From an uncultured Chloroflexia bacterium (GTDB taxonomy: Bacteria > Chloroflexota > Limnocylindria > Limnocylindrales > CSP1-4), in contig CAWGCS010000001.1 of NCBI GenBank assembly GCA_963821235.1, forward strand, positions 46,804-110,803: 64,000 nucleotides of DNA, given 5' to 3'. Shown here one piece after another: positions 7,328 through 18,009 of this stretch. Numbering within the stretch: position 1 is the first letter of the stretch; each line of letters opens with the position of its first letter. The notes below the pieces were generated by a model. It had not been told where the DNA came from. It saw only the letters and a program-made list of their open reading frames with translations, and made no database searches. A program made the translations under genes and the position numbers.

Positions 7328-10300
7328 GCCTCGCGGTCGCCGGCCCGCGCCTCCCGGGCAGCGGCGACCCGGGCGACGAGCGCCTGGGTGAGCGCCCAGG
7401 CCCGGGCCGGATCGCGCGGGATGCGGATCCGGACCTGGCTGGCCGCGAAGGTGACGTCGCCGGGCCGGACACCCGGCAGCGGGGCGCCCGCCACGAGCCG
7501 CATCGCCTCGCCGCGCGAGAGGCCGCTCCCGAAGCGGACCACGAGCAGCCCCTCCTCGCGGGCCAGCGAAGCGATCCCGGCCGCCTCCGCTGCGAGGCGC
7601 AGCTCGGCCACGTCGACGAGGCGCAGAACGGCCGGCGGCATCGGCCCGAAGCGGTCGACCGCCTCCTGGCGGAAGGCGGCCACGTCGCCCGCCGTGCGGG
7701 CGCGGGCCAGGCGGCGGTAGAGCTCCAGCTTCTGGGCCTCGTCCGGGACGTAGGAGTCGGGCAGGTGGGCGTCGACCGGGAGGTCCACCGTTGCCCCGGC
7801 CGAGGCGCGGACGGGCTGGCGGCCCTCCCAGCTCGCCTTGCGGTCCTCGACCGCCTCCGCGAGGAGGCGGGTATACAGGTCGAAGCCGACGTCGGCCATG
7901 TGGCCCGACTGCTCGCCGCCCAGGATGTTGCCGGCGCCGCGGATCTCCAGGTCGGCGAGGGCGATCTGGAAGCCGGCCCCCAGCTCCGAGGCGTTGAAGA
8001 TCGCCTGGAGCCGCTTGCGCGCCTCGTCCGAGAGGCGGTCGCGGCGCCGGTACAGGAGGTACGCGTAGGCCCGCCGGTTGCTCCGCCCGACGCGCCCCCG
8101 CAGCTGGTAGAGCTGGGCCAGCCCGAGCGCGTCGGCGCGGTCGATGATGATCGTGTTGGCGTTCGGGATGTCCAGCCCGGACTCGATGATCGTCGTGCAG
8201 ACCAGGACGTCCGCCTCGCCCGAGGCGAACGCCCGCATGACCCGCTCCAGGGCGCCCTCGCTCATCTGGCCGTGCCCGACGACGACCCGGGCCGCGGGGA
8301 GGAGGCGCCGCAGCTGGTCGGCCTGGGCCTCGATCGTCTCGACCCGGTTGTGGACGAAGAAGACCTGGCCGCCGCGGTCGAGCTCGCGCAGGATGGCATC
8401 CTTGACGAGCCCGGCCGAGGCCTCCGCGACGCGGGTCTGGATGGGCAGCCGATCCTCCGGCGGGGTCTCGATGACCGACATGTCGCGGACCCCGACGAGG
8501 GCCAGGTTGAGCGTCCGCGGGATCGGCGTCGCCGAGAGGGTCAGGACGTCGACCTCGGTCCGCAGCTGCTTGAGGCGCTCCTTGGCCGCGACGCCGAAGC
8601 GCTGCTCCTCGTCGACCACCAGGAGGCCGAGGTCGCGGAAGCGGACGTCCCTGGAGAGCAGGCGGTGGGTCCCCACGACGAGGTCGACGGAGCCCGCGGC
8701 GAGCCCGGCGAGGGTGGCGGCCTGGTCCTTTGCCGGGACCGCCCGGGAGAGGAGGCGGACGGTCGCCGGGAAGGCCGCGTAGCGCTGGTCGAAGGTTCGG
8801 ACGTGCTGGTCGGCGAGCACCGTCGTGGGGACGAGGACTGCCACCTGCCGCCCGTCCTCGATCGCCTTGAAGGCGGCCCGCAGCGCCACCTCCGTCTTGC
8901 CGTACCCCACGTCGCCGACGACGATGCGGTCCATCGGCCGGGCCGTCTCCATGTCGACCTTGACCTCGTCGATCGCCCGCACCTGGTCGGCCGTCTCTTC
9001 GTAGGGGAACGACGCCTCCAGCTCCCGCTGCCACGGCGTGTCGGGGCCGAAGGCGTGGCCCTCGGCCGCGGCCCGCGCGGCGTAGAGGCGGAGGAGGTCG
9101 TCGGCAAGGTCGGCGACGGCCCGCCGGACGCGGGCGGTGGTGCGGGCCCACTCGGCGCTCCCGAGGCGTGAGAGGGCCGGGCGCTCGGCGCCGGCGTAGC
9201 GTGTCACCCGGATGACCTGCTCGACCGGCACGAAGATCCGGTCGCCGGCGGCGAACGAGAGCTCGAGGTAGTCGCGCTCCTCGCCGGCGCCCCCGCGGCG
9301 GAGCATCCGCTCGTACCTGGCGATGCCGTGGTCGACGTGGACGACGAGGTCGCCCGGGGTGAGCCGCTCGAGGACGTCGCGCGGGACGACCCGCCGGAGG
9401 GCCTTGGGACGCCGGACGCGGACGGTCCCGAAGAGCTCCCGGTCGGTCACCACGACGAGACCGTCCGGCCCGCCGGAGAAGCCGGCGTTCAGGCTCCGCC
9501 CGACCAGCGCGAGGGCGCCCGGCGGAGGCACGTCGGGGCGCATCGTCGCCCCGGCCGGGATGCCGGCCTCGCCGAGCAGCTCGGCGATGCGGGCGGCCTG
9601 GTCCGAGGCGAGGATGATCCGGGGTGCCGGCGCGGCCGTCGACCCCGGGGCGCGGCGTGTGGCGACGATACCCGGCGGGACGGCCTGGCGGGCGTCCTCC
9701 GCCTCTCCCTCGGCGAGCGGCACCGACGCCGGCCGGCCGGCCCGCCAGCGCTCGATGGCGCGGACGAGCCCCGCGCTGCGGCCCGGGGGGAGGACCGGCT
9801 CGCGCCAGCCGAAGGCGTCGTCGAGGGCCTCGCCCCCGCCGATCGAGGCTGCCGGGCCGGGCTCCCAGGTCAGCTCCAGGGTCCGACCGGCGAGCAGGCG
9901 ACCCTTCCAGGCGCGCGGCCCAAGGTAGGCCTCGGGCCAGGCGGCGGGGAGCTCGTCGCTGGCCACGAGGTCGCGGCGGCGCTCGGCCGCCTGCTCCCAC
10001 AGGAACTCCGCTGCCGCCGCCACCTCGCCCGGCTCGTCGACCACGAGCAGGGTCTCTCGGTCGAGGTGGTCCAGGCCGCTGGCGGGGCAGACGATGGCCG
10101 CCCAGACCTCGGCCGCGTCGCCGACGTCGAGGGCGCGGGTGGCGGCCGAGCGGCCGGGCGACCCGCCGGGGGACGGGACGGACGGCGGTGCGCCGGGGCG
10201 CCTGCCGGCGGGCGCGGCCGCCTCGGACCCGCCCTCCATCCGTTCCAGGTCAGCCGCGAGGCGCTCCGGGAGCCGGCCCGCGAGCGGCCCGAGCCGCCCG

Positions 10301-11112
10301 CGGAGCTCGTCCGTGCCGCCGGCCGGGACGAGGAACTCGTTGGCCGGCAGGAGCTCGACCTCCTCCGCCGGCCGAACCGTGCGCTGGTCGGTGGGGTCGA
10401 AGACGCGGAGCTCGTCGACTTCGTCGCCGAAGAGCTCGATGCGGACGGGAAGGTCGGCCCCCGCCGGGAAGACGTCGACGAGCCCGCCCCGGCGGGCCAT
10501 CTCGCCGCGCCCGGCGACCTCGAGGACGGGCTCGTAGCCGAGGCGCAGCAGCTCGGCCAGCAGGTCGTCCTGGCGGACCCGGTCGCCCCGCGTCAGGACG
10601 CGCGGCCGGTCCGGGATGTCGGCCGGCAGGATCGTCGGCTGGAGGAGAGCCTGGACGGAGGCCACCAGGACCCGGGCGCGGCCGCTCCGCCAGCGGGCGA
10701 GGGCGGCGACGCGGGCGGCGGACTCGTCGCGGATCAGCTCGCTCCGCTCGTAGGCCAGGGCGGACCGTGGCTCCAGGACGGCGACCGCGTCCGGATCGCC
10801 CAGCCAGGCGACGACCTCATCGGCCACGCGGTCGCCGATCTCGGCGTCGCGCGCGATCCAGCAGACGCGGTCGCCGTCGGCCCGGGCCAGCGCGGCGACG
10901 AGGAACGACTTCGCCCCGTGGGGCACGCCCGTGACGGCCGCGTGGCTGCCCCGCGGCCCAGGGCCGGCGGCCAGCACGACGTCGAGCGCCCGGAAGGGGT
11001 CCGTCTCGCGGAGGAGGGGCGGCAGGGCCGAGAGGTCGGGGATCCGCCGGGCGGCAGGCTCGGGCCCCGGACCCGGCGTCTGGGTCGCCCGGCGACGAGC
11101 GTGGCCGGTCAT
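7297..11112 (-). CDS. mfd: transcription-repair coupling factor
   Basis: 1271 aa with UvrB-homology N-terminus, RNAP-interacting domain, DEAD/DEAH helicase motifs (GDVGYGKTEVA, DEEQRFG), helicase C and TRCF domains. Confidence 0.9.
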   Translation of the reverse strand: MTGHARRRATQTPGPGPEPAARRIPDLSALPPLLRETDPFRALDVVLAAGPGPRGSHAAVTGVPHGAKSFLVAALARADGDRVCWIARDAEIGDRVADEVVAWLGDPDAVAVLEPRSALAYERSELIRDESAARVAALARWRSGRARVLVASVQALLQPTILPADIPDRPRVLTRGDRVRQDDLLAELLRLGYEPVLEVAGRGEMARRGGLVDVFPAGADLPVRIELFGDEVDELRVFDPTDQRTVRPAEEVELLPANEFLVPAGGTDELRGRLGPLAGRLPERLAADLERMEGGSEAAAPAGRRPGAPPSVPSPGGSPGRSAATRALDVGDAAEVWAAIVCPASGLDHLDRETLLVVDEPGEVAAAAEFLWEQAAERRRDLVASDELPAAWPEAYLGPRAWKGRLLAGRTLELTWEPGPAASIGGGEALDDAFGWREPVLPPGRSAGLVRAIERWRAGRPASVPLAEGEAEDARQAVPPGIVATRRAPGSTAAPAPRIILASDQAARIAELLGEAGIPAGATMRPDVPPPGALALVGRSLNAGFSGGPDGLVVVTDRELFGTVRVRRPKALRRVVPRDVLERLTPGDLVVHVDHGIARYERMLRRGGAGEERDYLELSFAAGDRIFVPVEQVIRVTRYAGAERPALSRLGSAEWARTTARVRRAVADLADDLLRLYAARAAAEGHAFGPDTPWQRELEASFPYEETADQVRAIDEVKVDMETARPMDRIVVGDVGYGKTEVALRAAFKAIEDGRQVAVLVPTTVLADQHVRTFDQRYAAFPATVRLLSRAVPAKDQAATLAGLAAGSVDLVVGTHRLLSRDVRFRDLGLLVVDEEQRFGVAAKERLKQLRTEVDVLTLSATPIPRTLNLALVGVRDMSVIETPPEDRLPIQTRVAEASAGLVKDAILRELDRGGQVFFVHNRVETIEAQADQLRRLLPAARVVVGHGQMSEGALERVMRAFASGEADVLVCTTIIESGLDIPNANTIIIDRADALGLAQLYQLRGRVGRSNRRAYAYLLYRRRDRLSDEARKRLQAIFNASELGAGFQIALADLEIRGAGNILGGEQSGHMADVGFDLYTRLLAEAVEDRKASWEGRQPVRASAGATVDLPVDAHLPDSYVPDEAQKLELYRRLARARTAGDVAAFRQEAVDRFGPMPPAVLRLVDVAELRLAAEAAGIASLAREEGLLVVRFGSGLSRGEAMRLVAGAPLPGVRPGDVTFAASQVRIRIPRDPARAWALTQALVARVAAAREARAGDREAQLPSPGEKR

Positions 11113-11795
11113 CGATCCTCGTCGGCCGGGCGGATCCGCCGCCAGCCCGTGCGCGTCCGGCGCACCCCGTCGGGGCCGGGCGGGCCGTCGACCTCACCCG
11201 GCGGCGCCGTGCGCGTCTCATCGGCCGGCCGCAGCTGGAAGGCGTTGAAGCGGTTGGCCGCCTTCGAAACGCCCTCCCGGGCCCAGGCCTCCACGGCGTC
11301 GGCGGCGGCGTCGAGCAGCTCGTCGAGGCGCTGGCGCTCCTCCGCCCGGAAGACGGAGAGGACGTGGTCCACCGCGTCGCGACCGGGCTCTCCGATCCCG
11401 ATCCGCAGCCGCGGGAAGGCTTCCGTGTGCAGCTCCTCGATGATGGAGCGCAGGCCGTTGTGACCGCCGTGGCTGCCGCCCTCGCGGAAGCGCATCTTCC
11501 CGAACGGGAGGCTGAAGTCGTCGGTCACCACGAGGACTTCATGGAGCGGGGCCCGCTCCCGGGCGATCAGCTTGCGAACGGCGATGCCGGAGTCGTTCAT
11601 GTAGGTGAGCGGCTTGGCCAGCACGAGGTCGAGCCCCCGGAACCGGCCCTGGACCACCGCGCTCGCGTCGCGGGTGCGGCCGCGACCCGCCCAGCCGGCC
11701 CGATCGGCCAGACGGTCGAGCGCCATCCAGCCGACGTTGTGGCGGGTCCGCGCGTACTGCTCGCCCGGGTTCCCGAGCCCGACGACGACCTTCAC
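11109..11795 (-). CDS. pth: peptidyl-tRNA hydrolase with a ~40-aa C-terminal extension
   Basis: VKVVVGLGNPG...HNGL motifs. GTG start with GGAGGT 5 nt upstream. The stop overlaps the mfd start by 4 nt. Confidence 0.85.
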   Translation of the reverse strand: MKVVVGLGNPGEQYARTRHNVGWMALDRLADRAGWAGRGRTRDASAVVQGRFRGLDLVLAKPLTYMNDSGIAVRKLIARERAPLHEVLVVTDDFSLPFGKMRFREGGSHGGHNGLRSIIEELHTEAFPRLRIGIGEPGRDAVDHVLSVFRAEERQRLDELLDAAADAVEAWAREGVSKAANRFNAFQLRPADETRTAPPGEVDGPPGPDGVRRTRTGWRRIRPADEDR

Positions 11796-11969
11796 GTCAC
11801 CTCCGTGGGGCGGACCTCGCTGGGGCACGCCGAACGGCCCGCATCCGCGATGGACCGGGCCCTGCCGGGGATGGTACCCGCCGGCGCCGGCCACCGCGCG
11901 TCGGGCAGTCCCTGCCGTCCCGGCATCCCGCGGGCGGGCATCCCGCCGGCCGGACCCTCCGACCCGACC

Positions 11970-12548
11970 TCAGGACGACGCCACGCCCGCGAGGAGCGCC
12001 CGCTCGAGGGAGCGCATCGCCGCCTCTTCCGCCGGCTCCGCGTGGTCCCAGCCGCAGACGTGGAGCGCGCCATGGACGACGAGGAGGCGCAGCTCGTCGG
12101 CCGGCGACCAGCGCACGTCGCCCGTCTGGCCGCCGCGCCCCTCCCGGGCCTGGGCGACCGCCCGCTCGACGGAGACGACGATGTCCCCGAGGTGGAGACG
12201 CGTGCCAGGCGGCAGCAGGAAGGCCCGGCCGGCACCCGGCGCGACGTCGCCCGCCGATCGGAGAGCGCCCGCGTGCGGCGGGAAGGCCCCCGGCGGCAGG
12301 AGCGGGAAGGAGAGGACGTCGGTCGGGCCCTCCGTGCCCAGGTGGGCCGCGTTCAGGCTGGCCAGCTCGGCGTCGTCGGCCAGGACCAGGCCCACCGAGG
12401 CCGGCTCCGGCGCCCCGCCGGCGAGCAGCCCGGCGCGCACGGCCCGGGCCAGGGCGGCCTCCGGGATGAGCCGCGGCACGCCCGGCCGCACCTCGAGATC
12501 GACCCGGAACGGCGGCAGGTACAGGGCGCGGAGCCCCGGCCCGATCAC
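11970..12548 (-). CDS. ybeY: rRNA maturation endoribonuclease YbeY
   Basis: HGALHVCGWDH zinc-binding motif. About 190 aa. Confidence 0.8.
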   Translation of the reverse strand: MIGPGLRALYLPPFRVDLEVRPGVPRLIPEAALARAVRAGLLAGGAPEPASVGLVLADDAELASLNAAHLGTEGPTDVLSFPLLPPGAFPPHAGALRSAGDVAPGAGRAFLLPPGTRLHLGDIVVSVERAVAQAREGRGGQTGDVRWSPADELRLLVVHGALHVCGWDHAEPAEEAAMRSLERALLAGVASS

Positions 12549-12600
12549 CGGGACGCGAGCGTCGGGCCGGCGCCGCCGGGGACGGCCCGCCGTTGTGGGC

Positions 12601-14751
12601 TCATGCGCCGGGCCCGACAGCGTTGCGGCGCCCCTCGAGCTCGACGACCTTGTTGCCCGGGTAGGGGATCCGCTGGTGGTACATCCCCAGGAGCTGGGAC
12701 ACGAACGCCTCGCGGATCCGCTCCAGGTCCCGGAGCGTCAGGTCGCACTCGTCGAACTGCCCGTCGTCGAGGCGCTCGTCGACGATCCGCCCGACCATTG
12801 CCCGGATCGTGGGCTCGTCCTGGCTCGAGAGCGAGCGGACCGAGGCCTCGACGCCGTCGGCCAGCATGAGGATGGCCGCCTCGCGGGACTGCGGCTTCGG
12901 GCCGTTGTGGCGGAAGCGGCGCTCGTCGACCGCGTCCGCTGCGGCACGCCCGGCGGCGGTCCCCAGCCCGCCCAGCGGCGCTGCCGCCTGCTCGCGCGCC
13001 TTGGCCAGGAAGTAGGCGATGCGGGCCGTGCCGTGGTGCTGCGGGATGAAGGCGATGAGCGGCCGCGGCAGCTTCGCCCGGTAGGCGATGTCGATCCCGT
13101 CGGCGACGTGCGCCTTCAGGACCTGCGCGCTGACCTCCGGGGAGAGCTCGTCGTGGACGTTGTCGCCCCCCGCCTGGTTCTCGATGAAGGAGCCCGGGTT
13201 GGCCAGCTTGCCGATGTCGTGGTAGTAGGCCGCCACGCGGGCCAGGAGCGGATCGGCCCCGGCCGCCTCGGCGGCGCGCTCGGCGAGGTTGCCCACCATC
13301 AGGGAGTGGTGGTAGGTGCCGGGCGTCTCGAGGAGGAGACGGCGGAGGAGCGACTGGGACGGGTTGGCCAGCTCGAGGAGCTGGAAGACGGTCAGGATGC
13401 CGAAGAGGTTGCCCACCACCTGGAAGGTCCCCACGGTCGCGATCGCGGACCCGACCCCCGCCGCCAGCGAGGCGCCCCAGAGCTGGAGGATCCCGGTCAG
13501 GTCGCGGGCTCCCAGCAGCGAGAAGATCGAGACGACGACCACGTTGGCGACGACGATCGCCAGCCCGGCCTGCAGGAAGATCCCCACCCGGTCGCCGCGC
13601 CGGACGGCGATCGCACCCGTCATCCCGCCGACGAAGATGTAGGCCGCCATCTCCAGCGAGAGGCCGTTGACCGCCCCGGCCAGGATCGCCAGCATCGCCG
13701 TGACCATCGTCGCCGGACCCGCCCCCAGGAGGATCGCGACGAGCATCGAGGCGCCCGCCCCGGGCACGAAGAACGGCAGGATGGAGCGGCCGGCCGTCAG
13801 CTTGTAGGCGAGGGCCGTGACCAGGAGCACGAGCCCCAGGAGGGCCAGCGCGCGGGCCCGGTGCCAGAGCTCCTGGCGGTAGCGCCACGTCCAGGCGAGG
13901 AGCAGGACGACGACGAGGACGGCCAGCAGGAACCAGCCGGCCAGGCGGGCGACGTCGAGGCGCGCCTCGGTCAGGCCGAAGGCCTCCAGCCTGGCGATCT
14001 CGAGCGGCGTGACCTGCCTGCCCGCCTCCACGATGACCTCGCCCTGCCGGATCGTGTAGGAGACCGGCGTCACGGCGGCGGCCGCCGCGTCGCGGGCGTC
14101 GGCGGTGAGGGTTTCGCTGTAGGTCGCGTTGGGAACGAGAAAGGGGACGACGATCTCGGTCGCCAGGCGCCGCTCGTCGTCGGTCAGCGCGGCCGAGAAG
14201 CGCTCCCCGAGGTTGCGGCGGACCGCCTCCAGCTCCGCGTCGCGGAGCGGATCGCGCTGGACCAGGCCGAGGACGCGCGTCGCCTCGGCGCCGACGAGCG
14301 CCCACCGCTCCGGTGCGAGGGCCCCGAGCGTCTTGCGTGCGTCGCTGGTGAGCGCCGGGAGGACGTCGACGAGGGCGGTGGCCCGGTCCTCGGCGCTGAC
14401 GTCGGGAGCAAACGCGGCGTCGACCGGGGCGACGGCCAAAGCGAGGGTGTCGAGCTGGCGGCGGGTGAGCGCGGCCGCGGTCTCGGCCTTGAAATCGTAC
14501 TGCGGCGGCACGGCGTCCCGGGCCGCCTGGCGCGCGGCGTCGGTCTCGATCGCGCTGGCGAAGACGAGCGTCCGGGGGGCCCGGACGTCGGCCGTGGCGA
14601 GGTCGCCCACCTGGAGGTCGACCGCCCGCGGCAGGTCGTCGATGGAGAGGACGGCGGTCAGCCCGGTGATGAGGAGGGCGGCCGCCACCACGAGGCGGAC
14701 GGCGTCACGCCGGGTGAAGGCGGCGACGCGGTCGAGACGCCGGGAAAGCAC
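12601..14751 (-). CDS. 7TM-receptor HD-domain phosphohydrolase (PgpH/YqfF-like, putative c-di-AMP phosphodiesterase)
   Basis: 716 aa with an N-terminal extracellular region, 7 predicted TM helices and a C-terminal HD domain (HHSLMVGNLAE...YYHDIGK). Lies beside ybeY as in Firmicutes. Confidence 0.8.
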   Translation of the reverse strand: MLSRRLDRVAAFTRRDAVRLVVAAALLITGLTAVLSIDDLPRAVDLQVGDLATADVRAPRTLVFASAIETDAARQAARDAVPPQYDFKAETAAALTRRQLDTLALAVAPVDAAFAPDVSAEDRATALVDVLPALTSDARKTLGALAPERWALVGAEATRVLGLVQRDPLRDAELEAVRRNLGERFSAALTDDERRLATEIVVPFLVPNATYSETLTADARDAAAAAVTPVSYTIRQGEVIVEAGRQVTPLEIARLEAFGLTEARLDVARLAGWFLLAVLVVVLLLAWTWRYRQELWHRARALALLGLVLLVTALAYKLTAGRSILPFFVPGAGASMLVAILLGAGPATMVTAMLAILAGAVNGLSLEMAAYIFVGGMTGAIAVRRGDRVGIFLQAGLAIVVANVVVVSIFSLLGARDLTGILQLWGASLAAGVGSAIATVGTFQVVGNLFGILTVFQLLELANPSQSLLRRLLLETPGTYHHSLMVGNLAERAAEAAGADPLLARVAAYYHDIGKLANPGSFIENQAGGDNVHDELSPEVSAQVLKAHVADGIDIAYRAKLPRPLIAFIPQHHGTARIAYFLAKAREQAAAPLGGLGTAAGRAAADAVDERRFRHNGPKPQSREAAILMLADGVEASVRSLSSQDEPTIRAMVGRIVDERLDDGQFDECDLTLRDLERIREAFVSQLLGMYHQRIPYPGNKVVELEGRRNAVGPGA

Positions 14752-14773
14752 GGCGACGGTCGTCGGCGGGGCC

Positions 14774-15310
14774 TCAGCCCCGGCCGCCGCCTCCCCTGCT
14801 GCGTGCGCCGTCGACGGCGGCGGGCGGCGCGTCGTGGCCGTCGGCGTCGTGGGCGGCCAGGTCGGCCCGTGCGAGCGCCGTGGCGACGAGGCCGGAGACC
14901 ACCTTGCCGTCGGCCCGGCCGCGCGTCCGCGGGCTGAGCCAGCCCATCACCTTCCCCAGGTCGCGGGCGGACGCCGCGCCCGTCGCGGCGATCCCCGCGT
15001 CCACGAGGGCCGCGATCTCGTCAGGCGAGAGCGCCTGCGGCAGGAAGGCCGCGATGATCGCGATCTCGGCCTCCTCCTTCGCGGCCAGGTCGTCGCGGCT
15101 GCCCTTGCGGTAGGCCTCGACCGACTCGCGCCGGGTCTTGACCTCGCGGGAGAGCACGGCGACGGCCTGGTCGTCGGTGAGGATCGCGTGGTCGCGCTTC
15201 TCCACCGCATAGACGGCCGCCCAGACCATCCGCAGCGTATCGCGGCGCAGCGCGTCGCCCGACCGCATGGCGGCCGTCATCTCCTCGCGGAGGCGATCTC
15301 GTAGGGACAC
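14774..15310 (-). CDS. GatB/YqeY domain protein
   Basis: 178 aa with similarity to YqeY (LRDRLREEMTAAMRSGD...). Lies directly downstream of rpsU as in B. subtilis. Confidence 0.75.
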   Translation of the reverse strand: MSLRDRLREEMTAAMRSGDALRRDTLRMVWAAVYAVEKRDHAILTDDQAVAVLSREVKTRRESVEAYRKGSRDDLAAKEEAEIAIIAAFLPQALSPDEIAALVDAGIAATGAASARDLGKVMGWLSPRTRGRADGKVVSGLVATALARADLAAHDADGHDAPPAAVDGARSRGGGGRG

Positions 15311-15455
15311 CGGCGTGGCTCCTCCGCTGGGGCGCGCGGTTCGTGGACGGCGCGCCGGCTGCGATGGGGGCCTCCGGGGCCCGGGAACGGGCCGGGGAAG
15401 CAGGTGGACCGGCGACGAGGTGGGGCGACGTGGCCGCGGCCGCCGGTCCCGGCGG

Positions 15456-15638
15456 CTAACCCTGCTGGCGGGTGGCCTTCTTGCGCTTGGCTTCCTTGCG
15501 CTTGCGCTTCACGCTCGGCTTCTCGTAGTGCTCGCGACGGCGAGCCTCGGCGAGAATGCCGGACTGCTGGATCTTCTTGTTGAAGCGACGCAGGGCGCTC
15601 TCGAAGGTCTCGTTCTCACCAACGCGGATCTCTGCCAA
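15456..15638 (-). CDS. rpsU: 30S ribosomal protein S21
   Basis: Translates to (M)[57 protein letters not shown] start with GGAGGTGA 8 nt upstream. The listed ORF begins 26 codons too early. Confidence 0.85.
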   Translation of the reverse strand: MAEIRVGENETFESALRRFNKKIQQSGILAEARRREHYEKPSVKRKRKEAKRKKATRQQG

Positions 15639-15828
15639 TGCCGGGATCACCTCCTTCGCCCAGGATTGTGGCTCCGGCGCCGCCGCCGGGCGAGGTCGGC
15701 AGGCGCGAACGCCCACCGACGCGCGGTTCCGTCGCGCGCCGGCGAGCCCGGCGGAGCATAGACCGGCGACCGGGGTGGGTCAAACGTGCCGAAGGTCCCG
15801 GAATCGGCCGCGCCGGCGCGCGCCGCGC

Positions 15829-16164
15829 TCAGCCCTCGACCGGCAGCAGGTAGAGGGCCATCCGCAGCGGCGTCCGCGCCCGGATCGAGTGAGCCATCCG
15901 GGCCGGCATCCGGAACCAGGCTCCCGGGCCCACCGCGTGTGGCTGGCCCCCGACGACCGCCTCGCCCTCCCCGTCGAGGACGTGCACCACCGCGGGCCGG
16001 GCGGCGGTGTGCTCGGAGAGCTCCTCGCCCGGGGCGAAGGCGAAGAGGACCAGACGCAGGTCGGCGCCGTCGTAGAGCGTCTGGCTGTGGATGCCGCGGT
16101 CCACGTGGGGTGCCTCTGCGGCCAGGTCGGCGACGAAGAACGCGGTCTCGGCTGGTTCGAGCAT
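15829..16164 (-). CDS. cupin-domain protein
   Basis: 111 aa with a two-motif cupin signature. Weak call. Confidence 0.5.
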   Translation of the reverse strand: MLEPAETAFFVADLAAEAPHVDRGIHSQTLYDGADLRLVLFAFAPGEELSEHTAARPAVVHVLDGEGEAVVGGQPHAVGPGAWFRMPARMAHSIRARTPLRMALYLLPVEG

Positions 16165-16271
16165 GTGGCCACCTCCGCCACGAACGGTACGGCAGGTGCC
16201 GGCCCCGCCACACGGCGGGATAGCGGCCGGTCGTCCTTGCGCAGCCGACTTCCGTCGTCCACGATGCGCCG

Positions 16272-17963
16272 GTGGGCGACGAGCGACGGACCCTGATCGA
16301 CCTCCTCGAGGGCGCGGCGGCGCGGTACGGCGATCGGATGGCCCTCGGGCTGCGCCGGGACGATGGCTCCATCCAGGCCTGGAGCTATCGGGAGCTCGAC
16401 CGGCGGAGCCGCCTGGCCGCGTGGCGGCTCCGGTCGCGCGGGCTGGGGCCGGGCGACCGCATCCTGACCTGGTCGCCGTCGAGCCCGGAGCTGGCCGCGA
16501 CCTACTTCGGGGCGATGCGGGCCGGGCTCATCCTCGTCCCGATCGACGTGCGGATGGCGCCCGACGCGATCCGTCGCATCGCCGACCGGTCCAAGGCGCG
16601 CCAGCTCGTCATCGGCACCGGGCGCGACGCCCCCGACCCCGGCGAGGCCGACCTCGACCACCTCGCCCGGACGACGACCGACGACCTGTGCGCCGAGCCA
16701 GGGGCGGGGTTCCCGGCCGACTGGCGTGCCATCCAGGACGGGTGGACGCGGCCCTCCGCGCAGGACGTCTACCTCCTCGTCTACACCTCTGGCACGACCG
16801 GCACGCCGAAGGGCGTCGTGCTGGCCCACGAGAACACGATCGCCGGCGTCGATGGCTTCAAGCTCATCGTCCCGGCCATCGAGTACCGCATCGTCTCCCT
16901 CCTGCCGCTCTCGCACCTCTTCGAGCAGGCGATCGGGCTCTACCTCCTCGTCGACCTCGGCGCCGAGATCCTCTACGTTCGGAGCCGCAACCCGCGGGTC
17001 ATCTTCGAGGCGATCCGAGACCACCGGACGACGGCGATGATCGTGGTGCCCCAGGTCCTCGACCTCTTCTGGGCCGGCCTCGAGCGCGAGATCGCCAGGC
17101 GGGGTGAGAGCGCCTCGTTCGAGCGCGCCCGCTCGATCGCCCGCCGCCTCCCGATCGCCGCCCGCCGGCTGATCTTCCGCCGGATCCACGCCCAGCTCGG
17201 CGGTGAGCTCCGCCTCCTCGTCTCGGCCGGCGCCTTCCTGCCGCCGCTCCTGCAGCGATCCTGGGAGGACCTCGGCATCGTCGTCATGCAGGGCTACGGC
17301 GCGACCGAGACCGGCTCGGGAGCCTGCACGACCTGGCGCGACCACCCGACCGGCACGGTCGGCCGGCCGCTGCCAGGCGTGGAGATGCGCATCAGCGGCG
17401 AGGGCGAGATCCAGTTCCGGGGTCCCACGGTCACCCGCGGCTACTGGGAGGATCCCGAGGCCACCGCCGCCGCCTTCACCGACGACCGCTTCTACCGCTC
17501 GGGCGACCTCGGCCACCTCGACCCGAAGGGCCGGCTCGTCCTGCACGGCCGGATGACGGACATCATCGTCCTCCCGAACGGCCTCAACGTCTTCCCCGAG
17601 GATATCGAGAACGCCCTCCGGGTGGCCGGCATCCGCGACTCGGTGGTCCTCGAGACCGAGCCCGGCCGGATCGAGGCCATCGTCCTCGCCCCGGCGACCA
17701 CCCAGCGGGTCGAGGACGGCGCCGCGCAGGGCGCCACCGCCGGCGCCTTCGACCTGGGGAGCGATCTCGACCGCGTCCGCGCGGAGGTGGACGCTGCCGT
17801 CCGGGCCGCCAACGCCACCCTCGCGGTGCACGCCCGGATCGCGGCCTGGCGGTTCTGGCCGGACCTCGATTTCCCGCGGACGCTGACCCAGAAGGTCCGC
17901 CGCAACCAGGTCCGGGCGTGGGCGGCCGTGGCCGCGCCGCTCCCGGTCACCGGCGACTCGTAG
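16272..17963 (+). CDS. AMP-dependent acyl-CoA synthetase/ligase (FadD-like)
   Basis: AMP-binding motif YTSGTTGTPKGV, plus motifs GYGATE and GDLG. 563 aa. Confidence 0.8.
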   Translation: MGDERRTLIDLLEGAAARYGDRMALGLRRDDGSIQAWSYRELDRRSRLAAWRLRSRGLGPGDRILTWSPSSPELAATYFGAMRAGLILVPIDVRMAPDAIRRIADRSKARQLVIGTGRDAPDPGEADLDHLARTTTDDLCAEPGAGFPADWRAIQDGWTRPSAQDVYLLVYTSGTTGTPKGVVLAHENTIAGVDGFKLIVPAIEYRIVSLLPLSHLFEQAIGLYLLVDLGAEILYVRSRNPRVIFEAIRDHRTTAMIVVPQVLDLFWAGLEREIARRGESASFERARSIARRLPIAARRLIFRRIHAQLGGELRLLVSAGAFLPPLLQRSWEDLGIVVMQGYGATETGSGACTTWRDHPTGTVGRPLPGVEMRISGEGEIQFRGPTVTRGYWEDPEATAAAFTDDRFYRSGDLGHLDPKGRLVLHGRMTDIIVLPNGLNVFPEDIENALRVAGIRDSVVLETEPGRIEAIVLAPATTQRVEDGAAQGATAGAFDLGSDLDRVRAEVDAAVRAANATLAVHARIAAWRFWPDLDFPRTLTQKVRRNQVRAWAAVAAPLPVTGDS

Positions 17964-18009
17964 CCGCCCACCGGCCAGCCCACCGGCGGGGCAGCCGCAG
18001 CAGCCGACC

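Noticed and set aside
6455-10000. 1181-codon ORF on the minus strand and the 965-codon plus-strand ORF 6274..9171
   Set aside because: Their translations are Arg/Pro/Gly-rich with no domain signatures. They lie out of frame or antisense to the strongly supported mfd and response-regulator genes. These are typical high-GC frame artefacts.
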